This document shows, one piece after another, positions 11,112-21,640 of a stretch of 61,939 nt of DNA. The position numbers and the translations under genes are program-made. This DNA is from Balanoglossus misakiensis (taxonomy: Eukaryota; Animalia; Hemichordata): NCBI GenBank assembly GCA_040954595.2, contig JBECUI020000050.1, positions 1 to 61,939 on the forward strand, written 5' to 3'. The number at the start of each line of letters is the position of its first letter. Position 1 is the stretch's first letter. The notes under the pieces are model-generated. The model made no database searches, was not told the origin of the DNA, and saw only the letters and a list, made by a program, of their open reading frames with translations.

Positions 11112-11434
11112 TTATCTTTTGCTCTCACCGTTTTTCTGTTTGAGAAAATATTTTTGGATGTAGTTGGGATTAAATTTGTAATGGAGTCTTCTCCTGAATT
11201 CCTGAAATATGCCCTTCTTCCCATAATGCCTCAGGGCCCTCGCCATCTTGGAATACGTCATTAATGACTTGTTTCCCTTCCGCTCTCCCCACATCCGGGC
11301 AAATCTGTCCTTGTTCTCCGACACGAATCTGAAAAGTCCCTCTTCTTTCTTGACCCACACTAAAGCGTCTGACATGGCCGGGTCATTCAGTCCCTCCAGA
11401 AGAAATCGCCACAAAATAGGGTGGACTTTCTTCC
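11112..11434 (-). CDS. Spi/PU.1-like: Exon 6: ETS DNA-binding domain and stop codon
   Basis: Acceptor ttatttttcAG at 11436-11435. Encodes (R)KKVHPILWRFLLEGLNDPAMSDALVWVKKEEGLFRFVSENKDRFARMWGERKGNKSLMTYSKMARALRHYGKKG...LHYKF. The three ETS tryptophans and the RxxR recognition helix are present. TAA at 11114-11112. Confidence 0.96.
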
Positions 11435-13921
11435 CTGAAAAATAAGTAAATATATCAAAATCACAAAAAAATATTACAAACATTACAAAATTAACGACAG
11501 AAAATTCTAGTAACACAATAAAATAGACAAAAACAATAGTATTTCTGTTGAAAGCGGGTTTAAAGATAATTGGAACGTACGTTTCTCAAAGCCAGGAGGT
11601 TTAGGTTTTGGGGGCCGACCTCGTTTCCGTTTAACTAACATAGGTCGCTCAGGTCTGCTCAGAACTGTGGCTTTCGAGAGTTGAATTGCAGGTGCATCTG
11701 GTATCGGTGGAAGAATGCCATCTTTGGGTTCACTTCCGGAATTGGGAATTGCTGGGGCGACCCCTTCACTCATCATTTCACCAGTTTCAGTTTTGACTTG
11801 AACTTTTCTTTCGTCCGTATTGTAGAAGTTGATATGTAATGGCGCTTGACGATCGTCATATTGGTGAGTCTCAATTTTCACCTTGGGTGTATGATCGGCC
11901 ATCTTGGTTGAGGCACTCTGGGAGTTCAAAAGTACGACAGGGGCCTTGTTCCTATAGTCGTCCACCCTGTATGAGTTTAATGTTAACACAGACGCTCTTT
12001 CTTGAATATTTCCATCAATCTTGTTCAAGGAATTGTTGGAGTTCAATGCCACGGCTGCCAATCTTGCCCTACAATCATTGTCTTCCAACTTGACTTCCTT
12101 TACCTCGCCCGCCATCTTGATTTCTCCCTTCGATTCAGCAACACTTGAGGGCAGTGCATTCATGTCGTCCGCCTTCACCTCTGCTCTGGCGTTCTCCCTC
12201 GTTTGTGACCTTTCACCTCTAGATTCCAATCTGTCAAGTTCATTGCTTGGGTCTGACTCTTTTGTCTTCTTCAACGACAAGTCCAGGCAACCCAGATGAT
12301 CGGTACGCTGTCTCGATGAATGTGTGCTCAAATCTAGCGCCTTTGGCTCCTCTTCGACTGCTCTCTTCGCCGTTGTCTTGTGCATGGGTATTGCAATATA
12401 TCGGGACACGGGCTGCGGCTTAAGAAACAAAGAAAAGATTGCGTAGGATTTTTTAAAACTCTACGTGTTAACTGTCCCAGACAGTTGGTACGCAGAACTA
12501 TGTGAACAGGAAATCATTCAGTTTCAATTACTTGTACTGTAGAATGCTATGACATCAATGGGCGTCCACCAATAGCAGACACGCCAATAATCAACCAGGA
12601 AGTGTAACTTTGAAACCATATTTTGTTCCCAGGTACAGTAATTGTGTCATATTTATTAACATGAACAGTTCCACCTAAACATTAAATTTGTAATGTCCAA
12701 ATTGGTTACTAACACAATGCAATCAATACACCCTTGTGTTGATACGCGGCTACGTTTAGTCATTTTGATAAATCTGGCTTAGTCAATCCCGGGGATTAAC
12801 AGTTCCGCTTCCGTCACTCAGTAATTTATAGGCAGTAAAAGAATCATGGACGCCGGAATTTCTCATATCAAACGGGGATAAAGGCCTGTCAATATTTATA
12901 GAAAAAAAAACTAACTTACTGAATATTGTAGCGTTTGACGAGGTACTGTCTGGTAGCGCTGTTGTTGCAGAAGTTGTTGTTGCTGCTGCTGCTGTTGTTG
13001 TTGTTGATGATGTTGTTGTTGTTGTTCTTCGTGATGAGGATGATGAAATATGGGCTCCTCGATGTGTAGTTTAGGTGCGAAATCTTTTCTAACCATTTCT
13101 CGTTCCCTTGCCACACTGTGAATCATTTCCTCGATTTTCAACGGTTCGACTGAAAGAAAGTAGGAGAGGTGAACGCATGTCTCTCGGACGAAAGTGTGTT
13201 AGCAATGGTGCAATGTATGGCGCATTTAACCAAATATTACAGGGATACAATCATTTAATTAACATACAATGCCCGTAAATGGTCAAAGGGGCGTGTCTAA
13301 GTCTTTTATTGACCATCTAACGGTGTATTTTTGGAGTGGCTGTGCAGATTTAAACTTCAGAAAAATGAGTCCTCCAAACATTTCGATTCTGCGATCTATT
13401 AAACAACAAGGCGTTCAACATGAAATTCGTGCATTGACAAGCCTCGGTAACATCAATAAAAACTTTTATGTTCTCTCAGATCTTTCCTACGGCCTTCCAA
13501 TAGACTTTTACGTCGCTTTGTCCTGTTTTACAGAATTACAACCTTGGATGACGCCTTCGACAGCAGATAACAAATTCTCGAAAAGCACATGATTACAACT
13601 ATAATTTTATGGACGACCACATACCTGTTTTCCAAAACTGTAAGTGCTGGTACAAGATATCTACATTGTCTCCCTGTGTACAGAAGATTTCATGTAATTG
13701 TTGCTCGTTCATGAAGCAAAGCATGGGACCTGTTATGCCATGATTGATGATGTGTCTGCTGAAATGGTTGTCCAGAGCGCAACACTCGCTGAGCCAATGG
13801 AACCAGAGAGCCGCTTGTTGACAAGTCCAAGTTGACGGGTCTGTAATCGAGAGAGAGAGAGAGAGGGGAGAGAGATACAGAGAGAGGGGGGTGAGAGATA
13901 CAGAGGGAGAGAGAAGGGGGG

Positions 13922-14017
<96 letters not shown>

Positions 14018-17000
14018 TCGAAGACAAGTCAGGCATTTCGTTTCAGAAGGGAGAGGTGTGTATAGATTAAACTAAGTTACCAGGCTAAGACTGCTCTTAC
14101 CAGAAAACACACACGAACAGTACGAGGTCTGCAAATCGTTTGCCCTTCAACTGACAGGGCGCATTGCTATAAGGAAACAGGCGCTGGTTTATTTTTGTTT
14201 GTTCACTGTTCCTATGCAGCGTTTCCTTGTCCAGGGACTTCCAAATGTACAAGTCAGAGGTTAACATTTTGGTTCACAATCCACTCTACGGCTTCCTAAA
14301 AATACCAACATTAAACCTAGCAACTGTCAAAATTCACCAGGATCCTGTGTGGAGTCAATCTGTATACACGGACAGTCTCCCTTCAATTGCTACGTTTTCC
14401 TGCAAAGAGAATTTACCTGCAATATTGATGTAGATATACCCACTAACTTGGCACGGATGTGCAAACAGCGCTTAATCCAGTACAAACAGTAAGTAACACG
14501 AAAAACGTGTCAAAATATGGCGACGTCACACAAGCCACTCTGCATTACTCAACGGACGCTTCAGTCCGATCATGGATTTCCGTTGTCAACAGAAGGTCGC
14601 ACCTTAGTTTACCAGCTTTGGGTATTTTCTAGTAAGTCTTACTACTTTGGATAAAGAAGAATTTATCTGCACACTATGTTGTCTACATGTCCATGTGGTT
14701 GCTAAGCATGGAATGGAAATGAGGGCAAATTCACAAATAAGAATTAGTCCAGCGTGAACTCTACGCACATGTACTACTATCGCTAGCATTTGGCACAGTC
14801 TAAGAATGAGAAGTCCTTCTGAAAGAGTGTTAAGTCAATCAACACGTTGAGTGGGCGTGGCATACGCGTACGCCTATACTCGCATTATTGAAGATGGCGC
14901 GAAGAAACGCAACTTTATTAATTTCCCGATAACTCGAACTTTGAGTCTTTCTTGTAACCCCCCGTGAGTTCAACTGCAGATCTGCAAAATATCATCGTGC
15001 AGACAGCTGAAGTGGGTTGAACAATCATATCGCTACCCCTCCAAAGGCCTTTGCACCCGGAAACCGAATGAGGAAATAAAACCGAAAAATAAACTTCGAG
15101 AAAAGCTCAGACTCATTCAGGGTCGCAACAATAATCTTTGCAAACGTAAGAAAGAGAGTCATAAACTCTTGTTTATCGTGCATTTGTTGATGTTGTGGGC
15201 TCTTTTTTTCGATGTGCGCACTGAAAACTTGAAGAAAGTTTGTCGCGTGCGATGTTGCAGACCCGTACTGTATATAGAACGCATGCCGTTGTTGATAACC
15301 GTAGTATAGCTGTTTATAGGTAAGAGTGAAATCTCCACCTACCTGGGGGAAGCCCCTTTTCTCGATAGGCTTTCCACTTATCCCGTTTGATTTGACTGGT
15401 GATCTCTCTGTCAATGATTTCCCGCATTTTATCTTCTGAGATATTGACTTCCATGTAAGAGTTCCTTGGCACCTGAAAAATGGATGCAATTTAAAATGTC
15501 ACGCTTCAAGACAAATTAAAAAGTAACTGGCAGAAATTTAGCACCCCCAGTGAGGGTATATTTCATCCTCAATGTAGAAAATACGGCTGGCCTAAGTGGT
15601 CCACAAGTATTTGAAACTCAGACATTTTGAAAAGAGTCGCGATTTTTTTCTATTCGTAGCTAGGCGAAGGAAAATTGCAAATCCACACTCATGTATGTAG
15701 TTTTTTTGTTTCATTCTTTTATATTTCCATTTATTTTCATCGGTATTGGTATTGGTAGAGTGACGCGGGGGACCACGGAAATTGTCCTTTTAAGCCATCT
15801 GGACACAGTACTGCTATTTTGAAATTCTTTGTCCAGACTCCAGAATTTATTATTAGATATATACTTCATATAAATGGATAAAGCTTGTCACTTCCTCTTC
15901 ATTAATAAATAGCACAGGCGGCATTTGAGATTTTGGTGGAAGTCGCCACTTCCCTCTCTGTTGTTTAAACACCGAAATTCGATAATATCCGATCCGCCCT
16001 TTTCTAGCTTTTTGTGGAGCGTCGACCTTAAGTTATCTTATCTCCGGTTGCAATATTGTAGTTTCTAGCTGCCCCTGTTAATGAATGATTCGCAATATCT
16101 GCAACACTACGTCGATCGTGTAACAGTTATGGAGGAACTGTGGCTGTACCCCGCACCATGCACTGCCATAGTGCGCTAACCAGTTCAGTTGATTTTTCTG
16201 AAATCCTACTGCTGTTATACTACAGCTCCTTTCTCACAAGTGCCCGGATATCCACAGAACACGATCCTTATGTGTCATGAAAAGCGATGGATTTTCTTTG
16301 GTTGATTATTGACGCGCACACACTTTGTGTTTACGTCATCACTACGGGAGTAGTTCGGGACAACATACCTCGTTGACGACCGCACGTATACAGTACTCTA
16401 CGTTACACCTGGCGCTTCCGATCCACTAAAGCATATTCAGTAAGCACTCGTATACCGAAAAATATATTAAAACGTTGCTAAATTATTACGTTCCTTGACC
16501 GAAGCGATAACAATTATTTTGACATAGAACTTCCTACAGGTAGTCTGGCATACTTACTTCCTATAGGTAGAAGACAGACCATGTTTTGTCGGATGACAAT
16601 AACGCGAGTGGTAGTATGAATAGGCGGGAAGTAGTCAATAAAATTCCGAACAACTGACCGCTCCCACCTTCATTTGTCCTTAGGATACAAAAACTGAAGG
16701 TCAGGCAGCGCAGGTGGGGTTGTCGGGCAAGGGCAGTAATGTTAAATATCACGCATGAGAACACTTTGCCATTATGGAGAAAAAAACACAACATAAACTC
16801 GACTTTATAAGACAGCACCTGCAACCGTCGATCGGGGTTTGGTTATGTGAATTAGAAATCAGTCAAATAGGCAGAGCTTTCTAACACGTAAATTTCGATG
16901 TAATTGGCAAGCGCGATAAACATTAGTATTACGTTAGATATTCGCTATGATATTCGGTCTCTCCAATGATCTTGCTGACAGCTGCGTCGTCCGGCGAAAT

Positions 17001-20000
17001 GTATGATTGAATGACTTCCTACTCGGAGCACGTGGTATGTGAAAACACGCCCTGGTTACATATCTATAACTATTTTATTCATTAATAAATCATAACCTTA
17101 ATTACTGTGGCATTATTGAAAGGAAAACTAGTATAACAGCACAGAACAGTCACGAATATCAAATAAAATATTTGTTTTGGCGCGGCGTGTACAGGTGTTT
17201 ATAACTGTAACCCGAGAAATACGCCGAATTTCATCCGGGTGATTTTTGCTATGTTGGCAGGTATTATGTTGTTGATATGATTATTTTGTGTGTCCCGTTT
17301 GAGACTTTTTCCTATCGAATTCTTCACAGGGACTTCCTCTACTTCGTTGGAGTGTGCACGATTATCTCTGATCGCGCTTTGGAGAGATTAAACTGAAACT
17401 GACAAGGAAAGGTATTTTGGTCTATTGGGGCAGTTTTGGCCAATAGAGGGGAACAGTATCCGACCGTCTGTCGCGCTGTTGTCATAGATCTTCTTCATGC
17501 AGGATATACTTATAAAGAATGAGTCACCCAACACTATGATCCGAGTGGAATGTGCTGTGACCCGTCGCGGTGCGGTGTTCTATTCAAATACAAGGCCAGT
17601 CAGTAACCAGGCGAACAACCGTCGTGCGTCAGGAAGTGTGCTACCGGTACTGCCCAGTCGTGCTGCTGTCGTGTCAGTCTTAAAATCATGTGTACCAGAA
17701 CGGGGCGCTTCGACGCTGTTCAGAATACACAACTGATAAATGCTCACGTTTGTAAGAATCCCTAACAGATAGGCCCAAGTTGTTCAATAAAAGATGCCGG
17801 GTTACCACTGCGACCGAGGTGTTGATTACCATCTTTTAACACAAGGGGTTATTTGTCATCTGATTTGAATGTTCAACAAACTGCTCACTAGGGACTTACC
17901 TCAGATACAGACAGCCAGGGACAGTACCCGTTTACGAGTAAATACCTAAATCGTAGAAGATCCATTGGGTTGACGTGATAAGGGGAAGCCCCTTCTATGG
18001 CTGCGGTGACCGAGTATACTGGTTGGATGACCTCTTTTGGCCTATGTGTTTATATTATACGCGTCTACACATTGGAGACCATGGTAACCACTCTTGGCGG
18101 TGATCGACAATACTTCTGAGTCAGCACAGCGCTGTGTTGAACTAACGACGGTTAGGGGCTCGTATCTGCCACGATCAGGTGCCCAAAGTTATCGCCACCT
18201 TTGCAAAAGTTTGTGGTCGGCTCGACAACTATTCAAGCTCGTACCAAACGGCGCAGTCGCAGCTGATTATCGTGTGTGCGGTTCAAAGTTCACTTGGCAA
18301 GCCAACAAAAGCGAACGGGGAACTGTCAATAGCGAAAACAGTGAGGGGCGTAGCCATAAACTGTCACTATGTCATAATCGCTACACACAGTCATCAACTG
18401 TGTAGTTTTTCACCGCAAAAAAGTGAGATTTTTATCAGTTTTTAGAAAGATATCAAGAATAATCAGTGTTAGGCACTCGTTGTGCCGCAAAGCTGAGTTC
18501 AATAGTACTTAAACCTGGCAGATATCGATCGCAATGGCCTTGAAAGAGGTCTCTGTGATTGTGTTTAGAATTGGACGTGAGAGGCAAATAAAAGAAGAAT
18601 GCTTTGGCCCACATAATGGTCCCCGGTAGATCGTGCTCTGATCACAGTCAGTGGTCGGTAACAAAGCACCCCGCGCTCCAGCAAAGCTGAAAGGTGTGTT
18701 AACAATGGCGAAACAGTGACTATAATTTGCAAAGGACACGTCGAAACTTGTGTGTAGCTGAGATTTGTAAGGCATTGACCTTAACTTTCTCAAAGAAAAA
18801 TATTTGTTAAGCATTGGTAAATATCACCGAGATTACACCACCCGTTCTAAATTTACTCGGAGAAAAGGTTTAATTAGAAGTTTAGTCCTAAACAATTTCA
18901 GAGGGCCTGGCAATGGCAAAAAATGGTTTTGCGATTTCTTAGACAAATTACAAATATTGCAAACTGTAGAAGTATGCCTGTGATCATCTCTTGACACGGT
19001 TTCATAGAATGTGCTCTGATCACAGTCAGTGGTCGGTAACAAAGCACCCCGCGCTCCAGCAAAGCTGAAAGGTGTTTTAACAATGGCGAACGAGTGACTA
19101 TAATTTGCAAAGGACACGTCGAAACTTGTGTGTAGCTGAGATTTGTGAAGCAAAGCATTGACCTTAACTTGCGAGGATGGGACTGAGGCTAAAGAATATT
19201 TGATTTCCGAAAAGTGGGTGACGACTTGAAATATTAGCGTTCTCAAAGAAAAATATTTGTTAAGCATTGGTAAATATCACCGAGATTACACCACCCGTTC
19301 TAAATTTGCTTGGAGAAAAGCCATGCTGTGCCATTAGTACAGTCGGCGAAATCAGGTCACCGTATCAGAGATTGTCAGTCACGATCTTCAAAACAAACAC
19401 AACAAGGCGATATCGACTTATCGTCTGCTGTTTCGATGTTGCCAGAGAATAATAAAGGGAAGATTTACTTTTCGTGTTGATAATTTCATCCGTCATCTTG
19501 CCATGCCCCTGCCCAATAAGAATAGTAAATATTCTGCAGAAATATCATCAAAAAGAGAATCCCAAACGCAAATCCTGAAATTTTGCAATAGGTATATTCA
19601 TTATTATGTAAGTGGTCTCGTTACAGTCCCATGGAAGTAGAAAACTTTCAGTGATTAAACGATTATTCATGAGTTTTGGTTAAGTTTGTTGTGCCACGGA
19701 TTCCTCGACGCTGCAATCCACCTTTCTCGTTTGGTTCAAAACAGGCATTTCTGTCACAAATCATCGGTTCGTGACTCACAACCCCGCCAAATTGATAACG
19801 CTATCTAAACGGGAAGGAGTGTCAATAAAAAACTTGAAAGCCGGCGATATGCAACTATGGCATTTTTGGCAACACGCCAAATCACCAAGTCACGTGAGAT
19901 CTCAGTCGACACTGGTACCTGCGCAGGTGATAATAATTGCCATCGAAAAAACTTTTCATCACTTGTGATGAACTAATTAAGCCGCCTACTTTGTACTGAA

Positions 20001-21256
20001 AGTACAGATGACTCTTGAGTCGAAAATTGGCACCCAAAGCAGTACATTTTGACCAACAGACAAGAGAATGACGTAACTTCGCCAACTCGTAATAAGGTCA
20101 AAAAGGCCTGTTCGAATTAGACAAATGATAACCACTTGGCTTGTTTGAGATCGACTCTGGCCCCTCAGATAGGTATCACGGTGAACCACATATTTATCAT
20201 GGGTCTGTGGATAGATAGGGTACCGTGACAGTCAGCGTAGAGCGACCACTGTTGAACACAGGTGGCGTTGTCAAGAACCAGTTATCAGCATGACCACGTG
20301 ACCAATCAGCTGTTCCCGTAATTGCAATGAAGAAAGCCGCGTCTCTGGTTGAATTCACCAAAGAAACTTCATCCATGAAAAACTTCTGACGCGTTAAACA
20401 ATTTCTCATTTTTTAAAAGTTTCCTGTGAAGGGATTTGTCTGCAAAAGGTCTTTCACATGTCTGATGCACTACTGGCCGGGCATATGTATGTTTGTACGG
20501 TGCATGTCTGACACGCACGCCATGCGCCAACACCAGACCTGATTTGACAGACCTGGTGAACTTTAGTTGTGCATGAGAGCAGACGGTGCATAGATTCAGG
20601 ATTGGAGTCAAAGTTGGCGACAACTATAAACGTAAACTACATGTATTAAAGTTCCACTTCCTCTGTGGTAAATTCCAACATTCAAAACTATCTTTGTTAG
20701 TTTAGACAAAATCAACCTGGAAACTTCCTCTTTCAAAGAAGCGCTGCTAACATTTGCAAACCGAAAGAATATCATTGGTACGCCTTTCTCTAATTAATGT
20801 TGATTATGCAAATCGTTTCTATATTTGGCACAAAAGCCTCAGTATTCTGTGCGGTTAAACTGAGACTCGGAGCCCATGTAATCTCTTGGAAAAAAGTAGC
20901 AACTATAACTAGCTTTGTTTCCAAGCAAATCGTGAACTTAAACTTACTTTGATTTGGTGCGACCCGTTTAAATTTTCTTACTGGTATATATTGCCACCCT
21001 AAAATTCGAGGAATTTACCAAACTAAACGCAAATTATAACTGATATCCTCGATGAAGATGTACAGCAGAATAAAAACTTATTTTATGTCGGTGCGCATGT
21101 TAAACTACTCACCATTTTCCGCAATCGTTTCCGCCCATTCGTTCCTTCCTCGTCATTTATTTCGTGATTCTGGGTGACAAGTTTTTCGGAATTCGGCGTC
21201 GCCATTGTTGCTTCTTTCGGCTTCTGGACTTGGTCACCACTCGACTGCCCGTGCAT
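11112..21256 (-). CDS. Spi/PU.1-like: Six-exon ETS transcription factor with an SPI (PU.1/Spi-B/Spi-C)-type ETS domain, N-terminal PNT/SAM domain and AT-hook. Join complement: 21113-21256, 15343-15472, 13625-13840, 12920-13149, 11581-12418, 11112-11434. 626 aa, or 609 aa from the ATG at 21205
   Basis: All five introns are GT-AG with matching phases (0,1,1,0,1). The summed CDS is 1881 nt with no internal stop. The PNT and ETS domains are recognisable by motif. Exon 1 is the least certain part. Confidence 0.85.
11581..12418 (-). CDS. Spi/PU.1-like: Exon 5: central region with ALDLS/CLDLS motifs, psi-KxE sites and the AT-hook KRKRGRPPKPK
   Basis: 838-bp open frame. Acceptor ctttgtttcttaAG (phase 0; an alternative CAG lies 6 nt downstream). 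Donor C|GTACGT at 11580 (phase 1) joins exon 6 in frame as GFEK-R-KKVHP. Confidence 0.9.
12920..13149 (-). CDS. Spi/PU.1-like: Exon 4: His/polyQ-rich exon
   Basis: Acceptor ctttctttcAG at 13151-13150 (phase 1) and donor TCA|GTAAGT at 12919 (phase 0). Encodes EPLKIEEM...HHPHHEEQQQQHHQQQQQQQQQQQLLQQQRY...QYS. Confidence 0.9.
12959..13045 (-). repeat. CAA/CAG/CAT trinucleotide tract encoding polyQ/His
   Basis: TTG/CTG/ATG triplet runs on the plus strand, inside exon 4. Confidence 0.93.
13625..13840 (-). CDS. Spi/PU.1-like: Exon 3: core of the Pointed (PNT/SAM) domain
   Basis: DPSTWTCQQAALWFHWL...ITGPMLCFMNEQQL...DILYQHLQFWK matches the PNT pattern (DP..W....V..WL.W, G..LC.L....F, GD.L..HL). 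Acceptor attacAG at 13842-13841, donor G|GTATGT at 13624. 216 bp, phase 1-1. Confidence 0.92.
13849..14014. repeat. (GA)n microsatellite, imperfect in its left part
   Basis: Directly visible dinucleotide run of ~165 bp in intron 2, abutting the exon 3 acceptor. Confidence 0.98.
15343..15472 (-). CDS. Spi/PU.1-like: Exon 2: N-terminal helix leading into the PNT domain (not in the frame given by the ORF track)
   Basis: Acceptor ccatttttcAG at 15474-15473, donor CAG|GTAGG at 15342. Translates VPRNSYMEVNISEDKMREIIDREITSQIKRDKWKAYREKGLPP and joins exon 3 as GLPP-D-PSTW, the typical PNT entry. It also contains an internal ATG at 15454. Confidence 0.88.
18633..19320 (+). repeat. Local direct duplication in intron 1 (copy 1 18633-18867; copy 2 19011-19320)
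   Basis: GTGCTCTGATCACAGTCAGTGGTCGGTAACAAAGCACCCCGCGC...GGAGAAAAG occurs twice with few substitutions. Copy 2 has ~70 extra bp at ~19171-19240. Confidence 0.95.
20656..20813. promoter_or_regulatory. Candidate intronic enhancer: two PU-boxes, a RUNX site and an octamer
   Basis: ACTTCCTCT at 20656 overlaps TGTGGT at 20664. ACTTCCTCTTT (reverse complement AAAGAGGAAGT) at 20723. ATGCAAAT at 20806. These are motif matches only. Confidence 0.4.
21113..21256 (-). CDS. Spi/PU.1-like: Probable coding exon 1 (MHGQSSGDQVQKPKEAT-MATPNSEKLVTQNHEINDEEGTNGRKRLRKM)
   Basis: Two in-frame ATGs with A at -3 (21256 acaATGc; 21205 acaATGg). A strong donor ATG|GTGAGT at 21112 is in phase 0, matching exon 2. The exon lies just downstream of a TATA/CCAAT/CRE cluster. 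Confidence 0.65.
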
Positions 21257-21437
21257 TGTAGAATGTTTTCGGCGAAAACGCCTGGAAGTTAGAATTTGAC
21301 TGAATGGGTGAAGACTGGATACCAGTTTTGAGCAAAGAACTATTTGTCTTCTTGGCAGTATTCGACTTGTGGATGGCGGACCAGGACTAGTTTCGGAGAT
21401 TGATTTGTCTGGTTGTTGCTATCTACCTGGTGACCGT

Positions 21438-21640
21438 TTTTATATTTTTACTGCCGCATATTCGCTCCTATTAGGTACAGGTTATCGCCCATTTCCAATG
21501 AACCGAAATGATTACCATCGATGTCCTACTATCCTGATTGGCCAAGCCAGACCCTGTGACGTAAATAGTATCTCATCCATGGCAGTATTGCTTCACCAAT
21601 AGGCTTCAATATTTAATACAGCGAAACAAAAAATGTGGTG
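21438..21640 (-). promoter_or_regulatory. Putative core and proximal promoter of the ETS gene
   Basis: TATAAAA on the minus strand at 21444-21438. CCAAT/ATTGG boxes at 21495, 21537 and 21596. CRE-like TGACGTAA at 21557-21564 and RUNX-type TGTGGT at 21634. All lie 180-390 bp upstream of the first ATG. Confidence 0.5.

Noticed and set aside
11112-11434. Assignment as ELF3/ESE or SPDEF
   Set aside because: The domain layout is ELF3-like, but the ETS residues (KGN, KMARALRxYG, FVSxNK) are SPI-type. It is left as Spi-like pending phylogeny.
11170-12299. Overlapping and antisense ORFs (11170-11358, 11248-11445, 11839-12093, 12021-12299)
   Set aside because: They are shadow frames of the real exons with no independent signal.
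14417-14475. Alternative exon upstream of the PNT exon (donor GCAG|GTAAAT)
   Set aside because: The frame hits a stop within ~19 codons with no ATG or clear acceptor. Exon 15343-15472 fits much better.
15025-15489. 154-aa minus-strand ORF as a gene or exon
   Set aside because: The splice-compatible, PNT-joining reading is a different frame limited to 15343-15472.
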